Positions 9,068 to 18,540 of a stretch of DNA of 64,000 nucleotides are shown here, one piece after another. The position numbers were made by a program, and so were the translations under genes. Position 1 is the first letter of the stretch; each line of letters starts with the position of its first letter. The notes beneath the pieces were generated by a model. That model was not told the DNA's origin, ran no database searches, and worked only from the letters and a program-made list of their open reading frames with translations. Origin of the DNA: an uncultured Porphyromonas sp. (GTDB lineage Bacteria; Bacteroidota; Bacteroidia; Bacteroidales; Porphyromonadaceae); contig CAUTMR010000001.1 in NCBI GenBank assembly GCA_963539975.1, positions 37,143 to 101,142 of the forward strand, given 5' to 3'.

Positions 9068-9862
9068 TTATTTACCTACGTCTTTATAGGAATTAAGACG
9101 CATCAATAGCTCATCAAAATCTACTTGATGGGCATCAAACTCCGGTCCATCAACGCAAACGAATTTGCGCTTCCCTCCCACCGTTACACGGCAGGCTCCA
9201 CACATCCCGGTACCGTCTACCATAATGGTATTGAGTGAAGCTATTGTGGGGATTTGGTATTTTGCCGTGAGAGCGGAGACAAATTTCATCATAATGGCAG
9301 GGCCGATAGTCACGCACTTATCTACCTTTTCTCTTAGGACTACTTCCTCTACACCCTCGGTTACGAGTCCTTTCTTTCCTAGAGAACCATCGTCGGTCAT
9401 AATGAGGACTTCGTCGCTGGCCTGGCGCATCTCCTTCTCTAGGATAATGAGATCTTTGGTGCGGGCTGCGAGTACTACAATTACCCTGTTGCCGGCTGCA
9501 TGAAAGGCCTCTACAATGGGGAGCAATGGGGCAACGCCAACGCCACCTCCGGCACACACAACTGTGCCTACTTTCTCTATCTCGGTAGCCTGCCCAAGGG
9601 GACCTACAATGTCGTGTACATAGTCTCCTTCGTTGAGGGCAATCAATTTCTTGGACGATTGTCCCACACCTTGTACTACCAAAGTAATGGTTCCTTGGTT
9701 GAGGTCTGCACTTGCAATGGTTAGTGGAATGCGCTCGCTATGGGCATCGGCACGCACTATTACAAAGTTGCCTGCACGCCTAGCTTTGGCAATACGCGGA
9801 GCTTCAATACGCAGCATGGCTACGTTTGGGGAGAAGTATTTCTTCTCTACAATCAAATTCAT
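9068..9862 (-). CDS. sulfide/dihydroorotate dehydrogenase-like FAD/NAD-binding subunit (NfnA/SudB-like small subunit)
   Basis: 264 aa. Ferredoxin-reductase fold (RIPLTIAS, GGGVGVAP) with a C-terminal 2Fe-2S-type Cys cluster CGACRV...CVDGP. It lies adjacent to the GltD-like gene. Confidence 0.75.
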   Translation of the reverse strand: MNLIVEKKYFSPNVAMLRIEAPRIAKARRAGNFVIVRADAHSERIPLTIASADLNQGTITLVVQGVGQSSKKLIALNEGDYVHDIVGPLGQATEIEKVGTVVCAGGGVGVAPLLPIVEAFHAAGNRVIVVLAARTKDLIILEKEMRQASDEVLIMTDDGSLGKKGLVTEGVEEVVLREKVDKCVTIGPAIMMKFVSALTAKYQIPTIASLNTIMVDGTGMCGACRVTVGGKRKFVCVDGPEFDAHQVDFDELLMRLNSYKDVGK

Positions 9863-9901
9863 TTCTCTTTTTCTTTCGGAAAATGTATAGTGGGGAATGG
9901 G

Positions 9902-10765
9902 TTACAAACCGGGCCAGAGATCTGAGCAATCTTTGGGGTCTATAGCCTCTACCTTTTGTTCGATATTGTCTTCGAGGTTGGGGAAAAAGTCGAAGTCCGT
10001 TTTACTCTCAAGTTCATCTATGGAGCACGCCAAAGGAGCTAATCCGCCCTTTAGTTGTTTGCTGCTTTCGTGACTAATCCAGAAGCCGAGAGCTCTCCAC
10101 TCTCCATTCTTTTCTGCAAGGATTGCCATCCAATAGTTGCGTGGCACAGCAATTTTACCACCCGAGAGAGTGGGGTAGATGCCTTCAGGAGTGAGAGTTC
10201 CTCCCTTGGCAACATACATTTTTTCGGTTAGTGCTTCGTTACGAGCCCACTTCTGTACTACCTCCTCAAGTTGCCGCCAAGCTACTTGGTTAAAGGCCGC
10301 TTTCTGGGGGCTCATATTGGAGTAGTAGAATGTTTGTCGGTTGGCTTCTTCTGAGAATACTCGGTCGTGAGATGCTACCAAGTGCCCTCGGTCGTATCCT
10401 TCGAATGAGGATTTATTTACTTCGTATTGGGCCGGAATAAAGGGATCCCATGCCCAGGCATTGGTACGCTTTACATTGGTTTGTTTCGTGTAGTTATCGA
10501 AGCTAAAGCAGACCCAAAGGGCATGATGGAGCTTAATATCGTACTCAAGAGAATAGTTTACCCGAGTGCCGTTGTTTACTCGATGTGTTATGAAAAAATC
10601 CCCTTCACGTCCACGCACTTTGGGGCATTCTAGTAGAGAGGAATCTCCCGCGCCATCGGGGACATAGGGAGGTTGTGGCTTTTGCCTCGATTGACAGCCC
10701 CAGAGACCACTTCCTAGTAGCAGGGCTGAGATGCATGCTAAGATGAGTGTACTGGATTGTTTCAT
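9902..10765 (-). CDS. DNA/RNA non-specific endonuclease, lipoprotein
   Basis: 287 aa. Lipobox LLGSGLWGC and the Endonuclease_NS active-site motif YDRGHLVAS. Confidence 0.8.
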   Translation of the reverse strand: MKQSSTLILACISALLLGSGLWGCQSRQKPQPPYVPDGAGDSSLLECPKVRGREGDFFITHRVNNGTRVNYSLEYDIKLHHALWVCFSFDNYTKQTNVKRTNAWAWDPFIPAQYEVNKSSFEGYDRGHLVASHDRVFSEEANRQTFYYSNMSPQKAAFNQVAWRQLEEVVQKWARNEALTEKMYVAKGGTLTPEGIYPTLSGGKIAVPRNYWMAILAEKNGEWRALGFWISHESSKQLKGGLAPLACSIDELESKTDFDFFPNLEDNIEQKVEAIDPKDCSDLWPGL

Positions 10766-10895
10766 ACTAGTTTGTTTTAGATGGGGACTTTTATGAGTTT
10801 CTTTTGTCGTGATAGTTTCCCTTCTGCAAAGGTACCAATTAACGCTAAAACCTTATAGCGGACTCTTCCCAAAGCCTCTATTTATATAAAATAGA

Positions 10896-10921
10896 GCCCT
10901 CCTTCTGGAGAGAAGGAAGGG
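10896..10921 (-). terminator. hairpin downstream of nadA, with a second AT-rich palindrome at about 10876-10896
   Basis: Minus strand reads GCCCTTCCTTCT-CTCC-AGAAGGAGGGC (one bulge) followed by TCTATTTTATAT. Confidence 0.45.
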
Positions 10922-10932
10922 CATTTAGCTGA

Positions 10933-11871
10933 TTACTTTATGGCTAGCATCCGCTGGATGGGTAGCAAGGCTCGCTCTCGCACTTTGGGGTCGATTGTCA
11001 CTACATGCTTCTCGTCGCGGAGGGCGTTGCGTAGGTCCGTGAGGGTCGTGAGTTTCATATACTCGCAGTAGTGCTCTCGGGTGATGGGGATGAACTCAAG
11101 ATGGGGATATTGGTGTACGAGTTCCGTAATAGCTTCCTTTTCTGTGGCTACCACAAATTGCTTTTTATCGCTTTGTGCCGGATGCTTTAGGATGCCCGAG
11201 GTAGAGCCTACAAAGCAGCGAGGATGCTCCAGAATACTCTTGTCTCCACAAGCAACCGACTCCGGATGGATGAGAATATCAGCATTGGGATAACGCTCAA
11301 GATACTCGCGGATGAGCTCGCCTGTTATGTGCCTGTGTACATAGCAATCGCCCTGCCAGATATCCATATTACGCCCTGTTTTGAGGTTGATATATTCCCC
11401 TAAGTTCTTGTCCGGACCAAAGAGGATGGGTACATCAAGGGGTAGAGTCTCTATTACCTTGAGGGCATTGGCACTTGTTACGCAGTAGTCCGTTTCTGCT
11501 TTTACGGCAGCCGATGTATTTACATAGCTTACAATAAGACCATTGGGATGGTATTTGCGCCAGGTTGCCAGCCCTGCGGCCGTAACACTCTCGGCAAGGG
11601 AGCATCCGGCATTCTCTACAGGGATGAGCACTTTCTTCTCAGGAGAGATAATTGCTGCCGTCTCTGCCATAAAATGGACTCCGCAGAATACAATCATCTT
11701 TGCCTCTGTAGTGGCTGCGAGTTGGGATAAAGCCAAGGAGTCGCCTAGTATATCAGCAACAGCCTGCACCTCCGGACGAGCATAATAATGTGCAAGTATA
11801 ACAGCATTACGCTCCTTCTTTAGTTGTGCAATCTCTTCTGCAAGAGCCTTAACGTCTTCGTTGTTGTTCAT
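10933..11871 (-). CDS. nadA: quinolinate synthase
   Basis: 312 aa, typical NadA sequence (ILAHYY, VHFMAET, conserved Cys residues). It sits in a nadB-nadC-nadA cluster. Confidence 0.9.
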   Translation of the reverse strand: MNNNEDVKALAEEIAQLKKERNAVILAHYYARPEVQAVADILGDSLALSQLAATTEAKMIVFCGVHFMAETAAIISPEKKVLIPVENAGCSLAESVTAAGLATWRKYHPNGLIVSYVNTSAAVKAETDYCVTSANALKVIETLPLDVPILFGPDKNLGEYINLKTGRNMDIWQGDCYVHRHITGELIREYLERYPNADILIHPESVACGDKSILEHPRCFVGSTSGILKHPAQSDKKQFVVATEKEAITELVHQYPHLEFIPITREHYCEYMKLTTLTDLRNALRDEKHVVTIDPKVRERALLPIQRMLAIK

Positions 11872-11900
11872 TTTCTATCCCTTTTTGTTGAGCTAAAATC

Positions 11901-12746
11901 CTATTGTATAAAGTTCATGCTAATGTCGAGAGCCTTTACGGAGTGAGTCAGAGCCCCTACACTAATGTAGTCTACCCCCAATGTAGCCACCTCACGGATG
12001 CGCTCGAGAGTCATGTTGCCCGAGGCCTCCACTGCGCAGCGATGATTGATCAAACGCACGGCCTCCAGCATGGCTTCGTTGCTCATATTGTCTAGCATAA
12101 TAATGTCCGCACCGGCAGAGAGAGCCTCTTCTACCTCTTGGAGGCAGGTGGTCTCTACCTCTACCTTAACGGAGAGGGGAAGTTGAGAGTGTACCATCTC
12201 TACCGCCTTTGTGATGCCCCCCACAGCCTTGATGTGGTTGTCTTTGAGCATAATCATGTCGTACAAGCCCATACGATGATTGCGCCCACCTCCGTGTCTA
12301 ACGGCCATTTTATCGAGAAGTCGTAGCCCCGGAGCTGTTTTGCGCGTATCTAGAATATGCGTATTGGTGCCTTCGCAAGCGGCCACATAGCGGTGCGTTT
12401 CGGTAGCGATACCAGACATCCGTTGCATAAAGTTTAGGAGGAGCCGCTCGGCTGTAAGGAGGGTAGCATAAGAGGCGGTGATAGCCATAATCTTATCTCC
12501 CTTCTGTACGGAGTCTCCGTCGTTTACAAAGAGTTGTACTTTATTGCTCCCACGCTTGTCAAGCACTCGTTGGGCTATCTCAATACCCGAGATAATGCCG
12601 GGGGCTTTGGCAGTGAGGAGTGCTGTTGCCTCGGTTACGTCGGGGAAGATAGATTCTGTGGTAAGGTCGCCTTGTGCAATATCTTCGTCAAAGGCAAGAT
12701 CGATGAGACGATCTATTTTTTCTAATTCGTCGTGAGTTGCTTTCAT
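11901..12746 (-). CDS. nadC: nicotinate-nucleotide diphosphorylase (carboxylating)
   Basis: 281 aa, QPRTase family (DTRKTAPGLR, MLDN). There is a 4-nt overlap with nadB. Confidence 0.9.
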   Translation of the reverse strand: MKATHDELEKIDRLIDLAFDEDIAQGDLTTESIFPDVTEATALLTAKAPGIISGIEIAQRVLDKRGSNKVQLFVNDGDSVQKGDKIMAITASYATLLTAERLLLNFMQRMSGIATETHRYVAACEGTNTHILDTRKTAPGLRLLDKMAVRHGGGRNHRMGLYDMIMLKDNHIKAVGGITKAVEMVHSQLPLSVKVEVETTCLQEVEEALSAGADIIMLDNMSNEAMLEAVRLINHRCAVEASGNMTLERIREVATLGVDYISVGALTHSVKALDISMNFIQ

Positions 12747-14356
12747 AGAGAACCTGGGCTGGAGGTAAACGTAAATACTTGTTTTATACTCTCTTGAGTA
12801 ATGAGGGAATGATATGCTTTGTCGTTGGGGAGTGTCTCGGGGTAGTCACTGCGGAAGTGCCCACCTCGGCTCTCTTTTCGTTCAAGAGCAGCTTTCACCA
12901 AACAACGAGCTAGGTGTAGTCTTTGGGAAACAACGAGGGCAGATAAGAGATGTTGCGCAGGAGATGAGATTGCCGAGATAAGCCTATCGAGCTCCTCTAA
13001 AGCGGTAGAGAGAGAGGCTTCTGTGCGTACAATCCCCACGTGCTTCATGAGCAACTTCCCTAGTTGTAGCATGTATTTCTTCCCTTCTTGCTCTCTCCAC
13101 TCTTGCTCTTTGGCGTATGAAGAGAGGGGGAATTCTCGGTAGAGTAATGGAGACTCTAGAGGAAGAGTTTGAGGATGGGGGTGCTGATGGATGTGGTCTG
13201 CGATGCGTTTGCCAAAAACAAGACACTCAACAAGGGAATTAGAAGCTAAGCGATTGGCACCCATCACGCCCGTAGAGGCAACTTCTCCCACCGCATAGAG
13301 TTGTCGTACAGACGTAGCTCCATTAAGGTCCGTTGCCACTCCTCCCACGGTATAGTGAGCTGCCGGAGCTACGGGTATCTCTTGTGTAAGATCCAACCCT
13401 ATCTCGGCACAATGTTGGGCGATGGTAGGGAAGCGATGGCGTATGTGCTCGGCATCAAGGTGACGCAAGGAGAGGGTAACACTATCCCCTCCCTCGGCTT
13501 CTATTTGATGGAAGATTTCGCGTGCCACTACATCTCGGGGCGCAAGCTCTGCCAGCGGATGCTTTGCCAGCATAAAGCGTTCCCCCGATTGATTGTAGAG
13601 GTGCGCTCCTTCCCCTCGCACTGCCTCGCTGATAAGGAAAGAGGCCTGCCCCGGTACATATAGAGCCGTTGGGTGGAATTGTACAAACTCGAGATCTCGC
13701 AGCGTGGCTCCTGCCGCTAATGCCATCCCCAATCCGTCGCCTAGAGCCGTTGGAGGATTGGTTGTGGGGTGATAGAGAGCTCCGGCACCACCGGTAGCTA
13801 GGATGGTCGCATGTGCGGTTATCGCTTCCGTCTGATGCGACTTTTGATTGTAGGTGTAAAGTCCGAAGCATTGGCCTTGGGTTACAATTAACCCGAGTGC
13901 AAAGTAGTGATCTAGGATCTTTATATTGGCCGTTTTGCGCACTTGCTCCGTCATAAAGGAGGTGACCATTCGGCCTGTGGCATCTCCTCCGGCATGTAGG
14001 ATTCGTCTGTGATGGTGCCCGCCTTCTAACCCTAATGCTAGGTGACCATCTTCGGTATCGAAGTGCATCCCTAAGTCGATCAATTCTTCGATACGTTGCG
14101 GAGCCTCTTCTGTAAGGATTCGTACGGCAGCCTCGGAGCATAGTCCGCGCCCTGCTTCAATCGTATCTTCGAAATGATTTTTAGGGGTGTCGCTTGCCTC
14201 TGTTACGGCAGCCATTCCCCCTTGCGCAAAATAGGAATTACTCTCCTCTAGGGTAGTGCAGGTAACAAGAGCTACAGAGCCTTTGGAGGACAATAAGTAT
14301 GCGGTATATAGACCCGCAAGCCCCCCTCCTACTACTACATAGTCGAACTGCATCAT
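12743..14356 (-). CDS. nadB: L-aspartate oxidase
   Basis: FAD motif VVGGGLAGL and the flavoprotein oxidase core. I place the start at MMQFDY (14356), because a TACCTTTG -7 box (14400-14393) overlaps the longer ORF start at 14395. Confidence 0.9.
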   Translation of the reverse strand: MMQFDYVVVGGGLAGLYTAYLLSSKGSVALVTCTTLEESNSYFAQGGMAAVTEASDTPKNHFEDTIEAGRGLCSEAAVRILTEEAPQRIEELIDLGMHFDTEDGHLALGLEGGHHHRRILHAGGDATGRMVTSFMTEQVRKTANIKILDHYFALGLIVTQGQCFGLYTYNQKSHQTEAITAHATILATGGAGALYHPTTNPPTALGDGLGMALAAGATLRDLEFVQFHPTALYVPGQASFLISEAVRGEGAHLYNQSGERFMLAKHPLAELAPRDVVAREIFHQIEAEGGDSVTLSLRHLDAEHIRHRFPTIAQHCAEIGLDLTQEIPVAPAAHYTVGGVATDLNGATSVRQLYAVGEVASTGVMGANRLASNSLVECLVFGKRIADHIHQHPHPQTLPLESPLLYREFPLSSYAKEQEWREQEGKKYMLQLGKLLMKHVGIVRTEASLSTALEELDRLISAISSPAQHLLSALVVSQRLHLARCLVKAALERKESRGGHFRSDYPETLPNDKAYHSLITQESIKQVFTFTSSPGSL

Positions 14357-14392
14357 ATAGCGTCTCTTCTCTCTTCCAATTGAACGTTGGGG

Positions 14393-14400
14393 CAAAGGTA
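14393..14400 (-). promoter_or_regulatory. Bacteroidetes sigma-A -7 box TACCTTTG for nadBCA
   Basis: Matches the TAnnTTTG consensus and lies 37 nt upstream of the proposed nadB ATG. Confidence 0.5.
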
Positions 14401-14483
14401 CTCTTTTATTTATGATAAAATCAGGGAAAGAGGGCAGAGTAGGCGAGTATAAATGCTGCGTATCATATTCCCTGAGAAATGGT

Positions 14484-14491
14484 TACTTTTG
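14484..14491 (+). promoter_or_regulatory. candidate -7 box TACTTTTG for DUF5606/kbl
   Basis: TAnnTTTG match 97 nt upstream of the ATG at 14588. Confidence 0.4.
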
Positions 14492-14587
14492 TGCTTGTAA
14501 GTGGTTACACAGGGGGTGGAAACAACGAATTGCTACCTATAAAGAACCACTACATTAGTTTAGACCAAAGAAAGTAATAGATATACT

Positions 14588-15019
14588 ATGCTTAGAGAAA
14601 TTCTTTCTGTCTCGGGTCGTCCGGGGCTTTTCAAACTCCTCTCTCAGGGGAAAAACTCCCTCATCGTGGAGTCTCTTACAGACAAGCGTCGCACACCTAT
14701 CCATGCTACAGATCGAGTTGTGTCACTTGCAGAGATTGCCATATATACGACTGAGGGAGAGAAACCTCTCGGTGAGGTGCTAGATCTTGTGTATACGGCT
14801 GCCGAAGGCAAGGAGGTAGACCTCAAAACCATTGGGGCAACCAAAGAGTCTACTTTTGCCTATATGGAGTCCGTTCTCCCCACGTACGACAAAGACCGCG
14901 TTTACCCTACCGATGTAAAGAAGATGCTCTCGTGGTATAATATATTGGTACAAGGTGGCTTTACTCGATTCACCGCAGAAGAGACTCCCGCAGAGGGTAA
15001 GGAAGAAGAGGTTAAATAA
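14588..15019 (+). CDS. DUF5606-family protein (conserved Bacteroidetes hypothetical)
   Basis: 143 aa. The N-terminus ILSVSGRPGLFKLLSQGKNSLIVESL is typical of this family. Function unknown. Confidence 0.6.
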   Translation: MLREILSVSGRPGLFKLLSQGKNSLIVESLTDKRRTPIHATDRVVSLAEIAIYTTEGEKPLGEVLDLVYTAAEGKEVDLKTIGATKESTFAYMESVLPTYDKDRVYPTDVKKMLSWYNILVQGGFTRFTAEETPAEGKEEEVK

Positions 15020-15074
15020 CCTTTCTTATTCGATCGCTTACGAATTAAAATCCATTAATAGTACAAACATTGCT

Positions 15075-16265
15075 ATGTTCAAGGGAATGAAAGATTTCTT
15101 GGGTGCTGAGCTCAAGAAGATCAAAGAAGATGGGCTCTACAAAGAGGAGCGCATCATTACGACACCCCAACGTGCCGACATCAAGGTTAATGAAGGTCAA
15201 GAAGTACTTAACTTTTGCGCCAACAACTATCTAGGCCTTAGTGATCATCCTCGCCTTATCAAGGCTGCTAAGGAAGCTATGGATAGCCATGGTTATGGTA
15301 TGAGTAGCGTGCGTTTCATTTGTGGTACGCAGGACATGCACAAGCAACTCGAGCGTGCTATTGCCGAGTACTTCCATACCGAAGATGCTATTCTTTACGC
15401 TGCTTGCTTCGATGCCAACGGTGGTGTATTCGAGCCTCTCTTTGGTGCAGAAGATGCCATTATTAGCGATGCTCTCAATCACGCTTCTATTATTGATGGG
15501 GTACGTCTCTGCAAGGCAAAGCGTTATCGTTATGCCAATGGTAACATGGCAGAGCTCGAAGAGTGTCTCAAAGAAGCACAAGCACAACGTCATCGTATCA
15601 TTGTAACGGACGGTGTTTTCTCTATGGACGGTAATGTTGCCCCCATGGATCAGATTTGTGCTCTTGCTGAGAAGTACGATGCTCTTGTGATGGTAGACGA
15701 ATGCCACTCGGCAGGCGTTGTAGGAGCAACCGGTCGTGGTGTTGCCGAAAAGTACAACTGCTGGGATCGTATCGATATCCATACCGGTACTCTCGGTAAG
15801 GCTTTTGGTGGAGCTGTTGGTGGCTTTACGGCAGGTCCTCAAGAAGTCATCGATATGCTTCGTCAGCGCTCTCGTCCCTACCTCTTTAGTAACTCAATTC
15901 CCCCCGCAGTAGTAGGTGCCGGTCTCGAAGTTTTCAAGATGCTCAAAGAGGACGATTCGCTCCATACCAAACTTATGGAGAATGTAAATTACTTCCGCGA
16001 CAAGATGATTGCTGCCGGTTTTGATATCAAACCAACCCAAAGCGCCATCTGTGCTGTGATGCTTTATGACGCACCTCTGTCTCAGAAGTATGCTAAGCGC
16101 ATGCTCGAAGAGGGGATCTATGTAACGGGATTCTACTATCCTGTTGTACCCAAAGGCGAAGCACGTATCCGCGTACAGCTCTCTGCCGGTCATGAGCGTG
16201 AGCACCTCGATCGTTGTATCAATGCCTTTATCAAAGTGGGTAAAGAGCTTGGTGTAATTAAGTAA
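15075..16265 (+). CDS. kbl: glycine C-acetyltransferase (2-amino-3-ketobutyrate CoA ligase)
   Basis: 396 aa from MFKGMKDF. Class II aminotransferase with the PLP lysine in GTLGKAFG. The upstream 40 codons of the ORF overlap the DUF5606 gene end and are not Kbl-like. Confidence 0.9.
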   Translation: MFKGMKDFLGAELKKIKEDGLYKEERIITTPQRADIKVNEGQEVLNFCANNYLGLSDHPRLIKAAKEAMDSHGYGMSSVRFICGTQDMHKQLERAIAEYFHTEDAILYAACFDANGGVFEPLFGAEDAIISDALNHASIIDGVRLCKAKRYRYANGNMAELEECLKEAQAQRHRIIVTDGVFSMDGNVAPMDQICALAEKYDALVMVDECHSAGVVGATGRGVAEKYNCWDRIDIHTGTLGKAFGGAVGGFTAGPQEVIDMLRQRSRPYLFSNSIPPAVVGAGLEVFKMLKEDDSLHTKLMENVNYFRDKMIAAGFDIKPTQSAICAVMLYDAPLSQKYAKRMLEEGIYVTGFYYPVVPKGEARIRVQLSAGHEREHLDRCINAFIKVGKELGVIK

Positions 16266-16315
16266 TTACCTATACATAGAGAGAGGCTTCCTTCCCTTTC
16301 TTCTATTTCTTACAA

Positions 16316-16356
16316 CCTCCGGTTGAGCATCCAAGGGTGCCTGCCGGAGGTTTTTT
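16316..16356 (+). terminator. rho-independent terminator of kbl
   Basis: CCTCCGG (16316-16322) pairs with CCGGAGG (16344-16350), with additional inner pairing. A T6 run follows at 16351-16356. Confidence 0.75.
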
Positions 16357-16593
16357 CATAGGAAGGATACTTCCTATGTAGGGATGTCGGAAGAGAAGAG
16401 GGGCTTGGAGGGGAAAGATTCTTAGCTAGAAGGAGAGGGGATATCTGGGCGGTTTTTCGTTGGTTTTCACTCTAAATGGGTGAAGGTTTTAGGCTGATTT
16501 CCGGGCAGATTTCACCCTGCAAAAATTCATCAGGAGGCTGAGTTTTTCTTCAGCAACCTATCGGCATTATTTTTCTCTGGTGGAGGGGGCGAT

Positions 16594-18540
16594 TTAGCGC
16601 CTTTTGGAGGAATTTGTTTTCGAGGGCTTGTTTTTGGACGAGCGCGCATTAGAGCTGTGCTGCTCCGAGCTTTGACGCGGATTCTTCTTTTTAGAAGAAT
16701 CGGTTTGTCGAACAGCATGCTGACCAAAGAGTGCCTCTATAAGGTCGGGTCTATGCAGGGATTGCAATGCTTGTATAAGTTCGCGTCGCTCTTCGGGTTT
16801 ATACCAAAAGAAGTACCGTCTCTGCTTCCTTTTTTCCTCGGGAGAGATGGCGCAGTAGAGTTTCTCTAGTGTATAGGGATGGTACCCCGTGTAATAAATC
16901 TCAGTGGCAAGGGTCATGGGAGTGGGCGTGAAGTCCTGCACTTGCTCAAGATGGAAGTTAAGCCGCTTGGTTAGCACGGCTAACTCTGCCATATCAACCT
17001 CGTGAGAATTGGGGTGTGAGGATATGAAGTAGGGAATCAGTTGCTGTTTGAGTCCGTACTTTTTGTTCACCTCGTCAAAAATACGAGTAAAGCGCTCAAA
17101 TAGAGAAAACGGAGGCTTTCGCATGATTTTCAGCACGTTGGGAGAGGTGTGTTCCGGAGCTACTTTTAGTCGTCCTGAGGTGTGATGGGCTATAAGCGAC
17201 TCGGTATATCGCTTGGCTTCGCGTTGGTATTCGGGATTTTTGTACTCTTCGAGCAATAGGTCGTAACGCACCCCACTACCGATAAAACTCTTCTTGATCC
17301 CGCGGATTTTGTCCACCTTGTCCAGTAGATCATTTAAGGGCTTGTGGTTGGCATTGAGATTGGGGCATATGGCAGGGAAGATGCAGGAAGGGCGTACACA
17401 ACGGGCGCACAACTCCCGATTGACTCCCTCCATCCTATACATATTGGCAGAGGGGCCTCCCACGTCACTTAGGTAGCCTTTGAAGTCGTCCATCTCCGTA
17501 ATCGCTCCTACTTCTTTGAGTACAGAGGCCTCGCTTCTGGAGGCTACGAATTTGCCTTGATGGGCTGAGATGGTACAGAAGGCACACCCCCCGAAGCAAC
17601 CCCTATGCAGATTCACCGAGTGCTTGATCATCTCATAGGCTGTGATGGTCTTACCCTTGTAGCGAGGGTGGGGGAGGCGAGTATAGGGTAGATCGAAGGA
17701 GGCATCAATTTGTCCGGTAGTCATAGGAGGGAAGGGCGGATTCACAACAATAACCTGATCTCCGCAGGGTTGAACGATGCGACTTGCATGGAATTTATTG
17801 CTCTCTTCCTCTATATGCTTGAAGTTCATTGCCTGCTTCTTCTTGTCCTTTTGGCACTCCTCGTAGCTAAAAAGACGGAGGTCGCCCTCTTGGGGCTGGA
17901 AGTCTTGAGCGTCTACAGCGTAGGTGGTTTGGAGTATTTTGCGCAGTTCGGCAATATCGGCTCCGGCTTTGAGTCTTTCCACTACCTCTGCCAGTGGTAG
18001 TTCTCCCATCCCGTAGATGATCAGGTCTGCGGGGCTTAGGATAGACATCCCAGGTAAGAGTTTATTTTGCCAATAGTCGTAGTGAACCAATCGCCTGAGG
18101 GAGGCTTCGATCCCTCCTAGGACAATGGGGACGTCGGGGTATATGCTTTTGAGGATGCGACTATATACGATGGAGGGATACTCCGGACGCATGTCTATAC
18201 GCTTGTCGGGTGTATAGGCATCTTCGCTCCTGAGCCTTCGGGCAGCTGTGTACTTGTTTACCATGGAGTCCATAGCTCCCGGGGAAACTCCGAAGAAGAG
18301 CCGAGGTTTGCCTAGTTTGCGGAAGTCCCTCAGGTCGTCTCGCCAGTTGGGTTGGGGAACAATGGCAACACGTAGCCCATGGCTCTCAAGAAAGCGCCCG
18401 ACCACGGCCGCCCCAAAGGAGGGATGATCCACATAGGCATCGCCGCTGAATAAGATAACGTCCGCCTCGTCCCAGCCACGAGCGTCCATTTCTTTCTTAG
18501 AGGTGGGGAGAAAGTCCGTTAGGCTATATTGCCTTGCCAT
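16594..18540 (-). CDS. ygiQ: YgiQ-family radical SAM protein (UPF0313)
   Basis: 648 aa. N-terminal RGWDEADVILFSGDAYVDHPSFG and radical-SAM Cys cluster CFGGCAFC. The C-terminal tail is basic. Confidence 0.85.
   Translation of the reverse strand: MARQYSLTDFLPTSKKEMDARGWDEADVILFSGDAYVDHPSFGAAVVGRFLESHGLRVAIVPQPNWRDDLRDFRKLGKPRLFFGVSPGAMDSMVNKYTAARRLRSEDAYTPDKRIDMRPEYPSIVYSRILKSIYPDVPIVLGGIEASLRRLVHYDYWQNKLLPGMSILSPADLIIYGMGELPLAEVVERLKAGADIAELRKILQTTYAVDAQDFQPQEGDLRLFSYEECQKDKKKQAMNFKHIEEESNKFHASRIVQPCGDQVIVVNPPFPPMTTGQIDASFDLPYTRLPHPRYKGKTITAYEMIKHSVNLHRGCFGGCAFCTISAHQGKFVASRSEASVLKEVGAITEMDDFKGYLSDVGGPSANMYRMEGVNRELCARCVRPSCIFPAICPNLNANHKPLNDLLDKVDKIRGIKKSFIGSGVRYDLLLEEYKNPEYQREAKRYTESLIAHHTSGRLKVAPEHTSPNVLKIMRKPPFSLFERFTRIFDEVNKKYGLKQQLIPYFISSHPNSHEVDMAELAVLTKRLNFHLEQVQDFTPTPMTLATEIYYTGYHPYTLEKLYCAISPEEKRKQRRYFFWYKPEERRELIQALQSLHRPDLIEALFGQHAVRQTDSSKKKNPRQSSEQHSSNARSSKNKPSKTNSSKRR

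Noticed and set aside
13482-14141. 219-aa alternative-frame ORF inside nadB (same strand).
   Set aside because: Arg-rich nonsense translation. The nadB frame carries all conserved flavoprotein motifs.
14357-14395. N-terminal extensions of ORFs relative to conserved protein starts: nadB 14357-14395, kbl 14955-15074, patatin 45666-45698, topA 59301-59408.
   Set aside because: The extensions are not homologous to the protein families. They overlap neighbouring genes or contain the TAnnTTTG -7 box itself, so I chose shorter starts.
16395-16450. GGGG-run clusters (also at 4973-4984, 36690-36705 and 59581-59590) considered as G-quadruplex motifs.
   Set aside because: Each locus has only two or three runs, or loops much longer than 7 nt, so none meets a canonical four-run G4 pattern.
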